NCBI GenBank assembly: GCA_040954595.2
Contig: CM082579.2
Coordinates: forward strand, 4,956,879 to 5,020,878
Source of the DNA: Balanoglossus misakiensis
Lineage: Eukaryota > Animalia > Hemichordata
Reading direction: 5' to 3'
Length of the DNA: 64,000 nucleotides
This document shows, piece by piece, positions 59,401 through 64,000 of the stretch. The first letter of the stretch is position 1, and each line of letters opens with the position of its first letter. Under the pieces are notes generated by a model. The model was not told the origin of the DNA. It worked only from the letters and a program-made list of their open reading frames with translations, and did no database searches. The position numbers were made by a program, and so were the translations under genes.

Positions 59401-62183
59401 GTTTGTGCACAGCACTGAGGGAATGTTGATCTTATCTCTCCCATCCCCAGAAACAACACAGGTAGTTTTGATTTTATATCGGTGAAGTACAAAGAGGGCT
59501 ATTACAGGAGTCTTAGTACGGGGTTTCCTGTCGGCGGAGTGTGCCACACAAATCACGACACGCATGGCCAACTTTCTATTCTCCAGGATGTCGTGTCACC
59601 AAAACTTGCGGCAGGAAGAACGTTTCACGTGTCTGGTATTTCTGATTTTGGTTTACCACCTACAGTTTTATCTGCAGTAAGTTTACTTCCTAAACTTTGT
59701 CCTTGATATTTGGGATGAAGAACTAAAGCATGCACTGGGCTAGTTCCTCTACCAGTTTGAGTGACTAGATCAAGAAATGTCAGCATACAGAATGTTTTCA
59801 ACCCACAATCACACATAATAGTTCAGAGTCTGTCGATGTAAGTCTGGTCCTTCCAGACCGCCTTGCAGATTCAGAATTTTGCAGGGATAAATTTCTAGAG
59901 CATGCCAATTACCCCCGACTCACAACATGCAGACGTATAACTCATTTTGTCTCAAACACTCACCGTTGTAAAGTGGCCACTCCTCTCTCCTTGTAGTGCA
60001 CCTCCGTTTTCACCTGTTCCAGTTCATTTTTCAGCTTGGCCACCCGGTGCTTGGCGGCAGTCACCTCTTGTTTCAGCAGATCGGGGTCATACTTGGTTGT
60101 GCTGCCGGATGAACTTGAGGAACACACTGAATACAGAGGTGCGGGGTGGAGAGCGAGAAAGAAAGTAAGAGATAAAATGAAAGACATATTTATTATTCTC
60201 TTACAAACCTCCACCTTGTGTCATAAACATTCTGTAAATTATTTTTAGGAAACAACCTTCAACTTATGCAAACCATACAGTGATGAAAAAAACAAACCAT
60301 GTACTGGTACATATGCCATGTATTTGTCATCGTTCTGCCAATAAAGGTTTCACTCAACGCCAATCACAGTATATTCTGTTTGTGTGGTATTTTGTAAATG
60401 AGACTATATGGAATGAACTCATCCAGGGTTCAGGTATTTCATTTCTCATGTGTAGTCCCAGGACCCACACAGTAAATCCATAATTTCTTTTACGGTTCAA
60501 TTCCCTATGATGGTTACTCAGATTTTGAATTTCTCTTATTTTCCTGGGAATTAAAATTCCAGGTGCACAGGTGCAAATTTCAGAAGAGATACTCAGCCAG
60601 ACACAGGGATTTTTCCGATCAAGCCTGTTACTACGATGGAAAGAAATTCTCCCCACATTTCACAGATAAGATGCTGTCCCGCAAAGCTTGCATATCAGGT
60701 TTTGATTACGTCAATGGAAATAGATTAGATTTTTTTCCAGACAAAAGTGCACATCATTACATAATTTTGAGGAAAAAAAAGTTCTGAATGAAGCATTTTT
60801 GATGGATTGGTCAGTGAAGGGTGCATGTGTACGGAGATTGAATTCCACCTATTAATTAAAGTGCGAGTCATAATATGATCTTTTGAAACCTGTCTTGTAG
60901 GTCACAACCACCCCGGCATGGTTACTACCTCTTCAAGATGACACACTATGCCAGGAATGTGTTACAGAAAGACCTACCCAGACAGCCATCAAATATCCCC
61001 CCAAAATATTCGATCATCTGCCTGGGAATATCTGATTTTGTGGGCCAATTAAAAAAGAAGATGCAGGCAAGCACGGTGGTCTGAAAGTAAGCAGGGCAAA
61101 GACTTGGGGCCTGCAACAAAATATTGCTTCAAAGCGTTTAGCTTATCACCAGGGTTTGCACCGGAGATTGGTAAGGTAGAGAGAGAGAGGTTGAGATAGA
61201 GAGAAGTAGAGATAGCAGAAGAGAGAATGTCACAGTGCAGAGAGAAAAGATATGTATATTTGTAATATACTTATACACATATTATGTATATATACACATA
61301 TGTATATGTACGTACGTATACGGTACATACAAATGTACACACACACACACATACACACAAAATGCATGAGTGCTGTTTGTCTACATGGGGCAGAATGGAC
61401 ATACTTGGAATACTTACAACTGCTCCGTGACTGCCATCCGTTTAATGCGCTGTTCAAATGCTGGAACTGCAAACAGAGAGAGAGAGAAAAAAACACATAA
61501 GACCCGGAGAAACTCAATAGCCTGGTTTTGTGCACGGAATGCGACAAACTCTGGGGATGTACTCATTTGCGATGCTCAGCTGCAGCATTTGTTGACTCAA
61601 CGCTTAGTGGCCAGACTCTTCTGGGAGTTCAAAAATTGACAGTTGTTTCAGGGTGAGAGTGCTCGAAAATAATTGTCGACATTTTTTTGTAATTCCTGCG
61701 TGGGGCAGCTGTACTGAGTGTGATTGAGTTTGCAATTCAGGAGTTACAGTGTTTTGTGCAAACAAAGTCGGAAGACAGGGATTTGACCGCTGACCTGACA
61801 TAACTCTGCAATTACACTTTTTGTCTTATTTTTCCAGACAGTTTTTTGTTTCTTTCTCTGTTCTCAGATCAAAACACCGGTGGAAACATGTGTCTTCAAT
61901 TCACAAAACTCAAGACTGATTCACTCAGCTTTTCTCACGTTATGTGTATTTTTGCATGCAAGCGTAGTCACAAAACTTGGCTCAATGTTTCCGAAACCAA
62001 AATGTTGCGAAAAGTAAAGCTTGGTACACACCTCATCTTGAGCGAGGGCTAAGCGTTGCTGTTTAACAGCATAAATTTCCTGCTTGGCGTGTAAATCGTC
62101 TTGTGCAGTGAGGAGGTACTCTTTCAGCATTTTCTCTTGGGCTTGCCGCCATTCTTGTCTTGGGTCATCGATTTGATTTCTCT
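50478..62183 (-). CDS. WWC1: KIBRA/WWC Hippo-pathway scaffold, 5'-partial (WW-domain exons upstream of the window)
   Basis: Phase-consistent exons: 62183-62032 ([21 protein letters not shown]), 61466-61418, 60126-59964 ([17 protein letters not shown]), 57717-57588, 57389-57184, 57005-56763, 56584-56495, 56365-56188 (SSSSSRGSL), 55862-55310 ([10 protein letters not shown]), 54837-54726 ([14 protein letters not shown]), C2 domain 54304-54134/53654-53468/53283-53119, 52831-52710, 52505-51650 ([14 protein letters not shown]), 51464-51369 ([20 protein letters not shown]), 51226-51061 (TSLDLELDL), 50848-50662, 50544-50478 (EKMAFFT..PKDDC*). Probably co-orthologous to WWC1/2/3. Confidence 0.96.
51945..52470 (-). 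repeat. Coding CAG/CAA polyglutamine region in KIBRA
   Basis: (ctg/ttg)n on the plus strand; translates as Q-runs interrupted by LY motifs in the KIBRA frame. Confidence 0.9.
56101..56116. repeat. C16 homopolymer (G16 on the KIBRA pre-mRNA)
   Basis: 16 consecutive C in an intron. Confidence 0.9.
57840..57933. mobile_element. Degenerate third copy of the TTAA-bounded MITE family
   Basis: Right end ggggtgaaagggtaa; eroded left end actttcatcac...gggccaa. Confidence 0.4.
58590..58603. promoter_or_regulatory. Palindromic double TEAD (M-CAT) motif in a KIBRA intron
   Basis: GCATTCCGGAATGC, a perfect 14-bp palindrome made of two CATTCC sites. Confidence 0.4.
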
Positions 62184-64000
62184 CTGCAAATTACACACAA
62201 AAACAAATAGGCCGTTATTACAGAGTGGTAACAAGACAGAACATACCTTCAGTTATAAAATCTCACATTGAAATACAGTGTACCTGTTTTTTTCTCCCAA
62301 ATGACCTACTCTGGAAATCAAGTATGTTTACATGGGACATTCTTTTCCAAAAATCAATTCAATATGACTTGAAGGGGACTTGATGGTGAAGAATCGAACG
62401 GCGGCATTAGTGAAGACGCGAACCATTTCGTTCAAAAAGCTTTACTCAGTACAAGTGCTCTGCCGACTGGCGTCAAAGTCAGAACGCAGTTTAAAGATAG
62501 ATACGTCCACTCCCTTCCGAGAAGTTCCACAGGGATACAATTTCATCACTGAGCCGAATCTAACACGGATGATGTTTCACAAAGAGATTTACTGCGACCT
62601 GCGTCAACAGATTTATCTCCCGTGGGAGAGCATCTTCAGACGTCACCGTTTCGCGTTCAGGAACGGGACTTGCGAGATGCCAATTACCCTGCTTGGAGTC
62701 CTCCTCCTACATTCTGACACAGATCTGCATATTCGGTGATTTTAGCGAGAAGCAAGGCCGGTCACAGCAGTTTACGAGTTGAGATTCACGGATACACAGG
62801 ACAAGGCACTTGTCTCAGCTTCAGGTGTTTAAGAATGCCCTATTCTCAAGCGAACAGGCTTCATACTCATTTTGTTCACCCATAACCTGGTCTTTCTTAA
62901 GTCATACTCATGGGCCTTTTAACCACTGACAAGGGAGTGTGTAATTTATAGCAAATTCCTTGCCCTTGGGAAAGGGCGTACCTTCAAATAAGTCTGCAAG
63001 ATTTAAAAAGGGTGGAGGGGAGTTCCATGTCACACTTCTTATAGAAAGCCAATCTTATAATCTGCTCTTCATGAACACTGAAAATCATATTTTCTCCCCA
63101 TGGCTTGTACTGTTGGCCAACGACAAAGGAAAGACTACAGACGGTTTGAGTCGCATTGTGTGTGTCACTCTTCTCTCTCTCTCATTGCATTGTGCTTGTT
63201 GGTATGCAGGGCATGGCCAAGACAAATACCTGTCTTGGTTCATGCATATTTATGAACCACGCCAAGCACACTTCGAGCCAAATCGCTGGCGTGGGGCAAT
63301 ATATCCAGTAGCTGGCTTGTATCAGAGTGTGCACGTGCAGTTGTGGACAGGTACAGAATATACGTGTATTAGTCATGGTTCTCAATCAGACGACACATCC
63401 CTACAGCCCTTGGCCAATCACAGCACCAAACTATAACCTGACCCATCAACCAAACCATTCGGAAATCAGCACCCATAAAGTCACATGATTATACAATCAC
63501 GGAAGTGCCCTGAAAGCATCTTTAAATGAAATAAAAAAGTAAGATGAGTCTATTTATCAAAAGACCATTGATAAATTGCCTAAACTGTCTTTAGCACTTA
63601 AAAAAAGACCGCAGACAAAAAAAACCCGGGCAGATAAAAAAAGAAGATCTACAGCCCGTAATTACCATGTGCTAAAGAGCAGAACGACTAAAGCAAAATG
63701 ACGATTTAGCTCAGGTCTTTAACTCTCTCTCTTGGGGTTTGAATGGTCTCCACCTCGCCCTATCCCATGGGAAAGTGCCTTAGGTGAAAAGTACAGACAA
63801 CTCAAGTGTGACTCTGGCACCCATTCTCATGTCCTGAAAAAGACAGGTGTGCAGTTGACTGTGGTGCACTGTCAGGGTCTTTCTCAGTGTCACGGTCACG
63901 CGCGCGCGTCATTTCGTTTACGCACGGGGTGATTCGGATCCGCAACGCTGGTTTCTCATCCATACACAAAATTACAGGGTGTGTGCGATGCAAACACCGG

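Noticed and set aside
62184-64000. KIBRA WW-domain exons
   Set aside because: I found no LPxGWEE-type sequence; this is treated as intron, with those exons beyond the window.

Overview
This is intron-rich animal genomic DNA. The style of the TRIM and TPR proteins suggests an invertebrate deuterostome, probably a hemichordate (inference). Four protein-coding genes are supported. (1) A complete HERC2 on the minus strand (ATG 35081 to stop 360, about 74 coding exons by manual tracing), with RLD1, cyt-b5, MIB-HERC2, UBA-like, CPH, ZZ, DOC, RLD2, RLD3 and HECT domains, plus an N-terminal 8-Cys module I do not recall in human HERC2. (2) An intronless RING-Bbox-Bbox-CC-filamin-NHL TRIM gene (8374-10578) nested on the same strand inside a 3.5-kb HERC2 intron. 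(3) A 1561-aa plus-strand protein, head-to-head with HERC2 (join 40691-41144, 41332-45563), that fuses a GlnD/DUF294-type nucleotidyltransferase module to 16 44-aa TPR repeats; its catalytic motifs appear to be lost. This is the best candidate for an undescribed system. (4) The 3' part of KIBRA/WWC on the minus strand (62183 to stop 50478; the WW exons lie beyond the window), with a large polyQ/Tyr exon. Also present: TTAA-flanked MITEs, a tRNA-derived SINE head, microsatellites, a GC-AG intron and a candidate cassette exon in front of the HERC2 ZZ domain. All homology statements are from recall; no searches were run.
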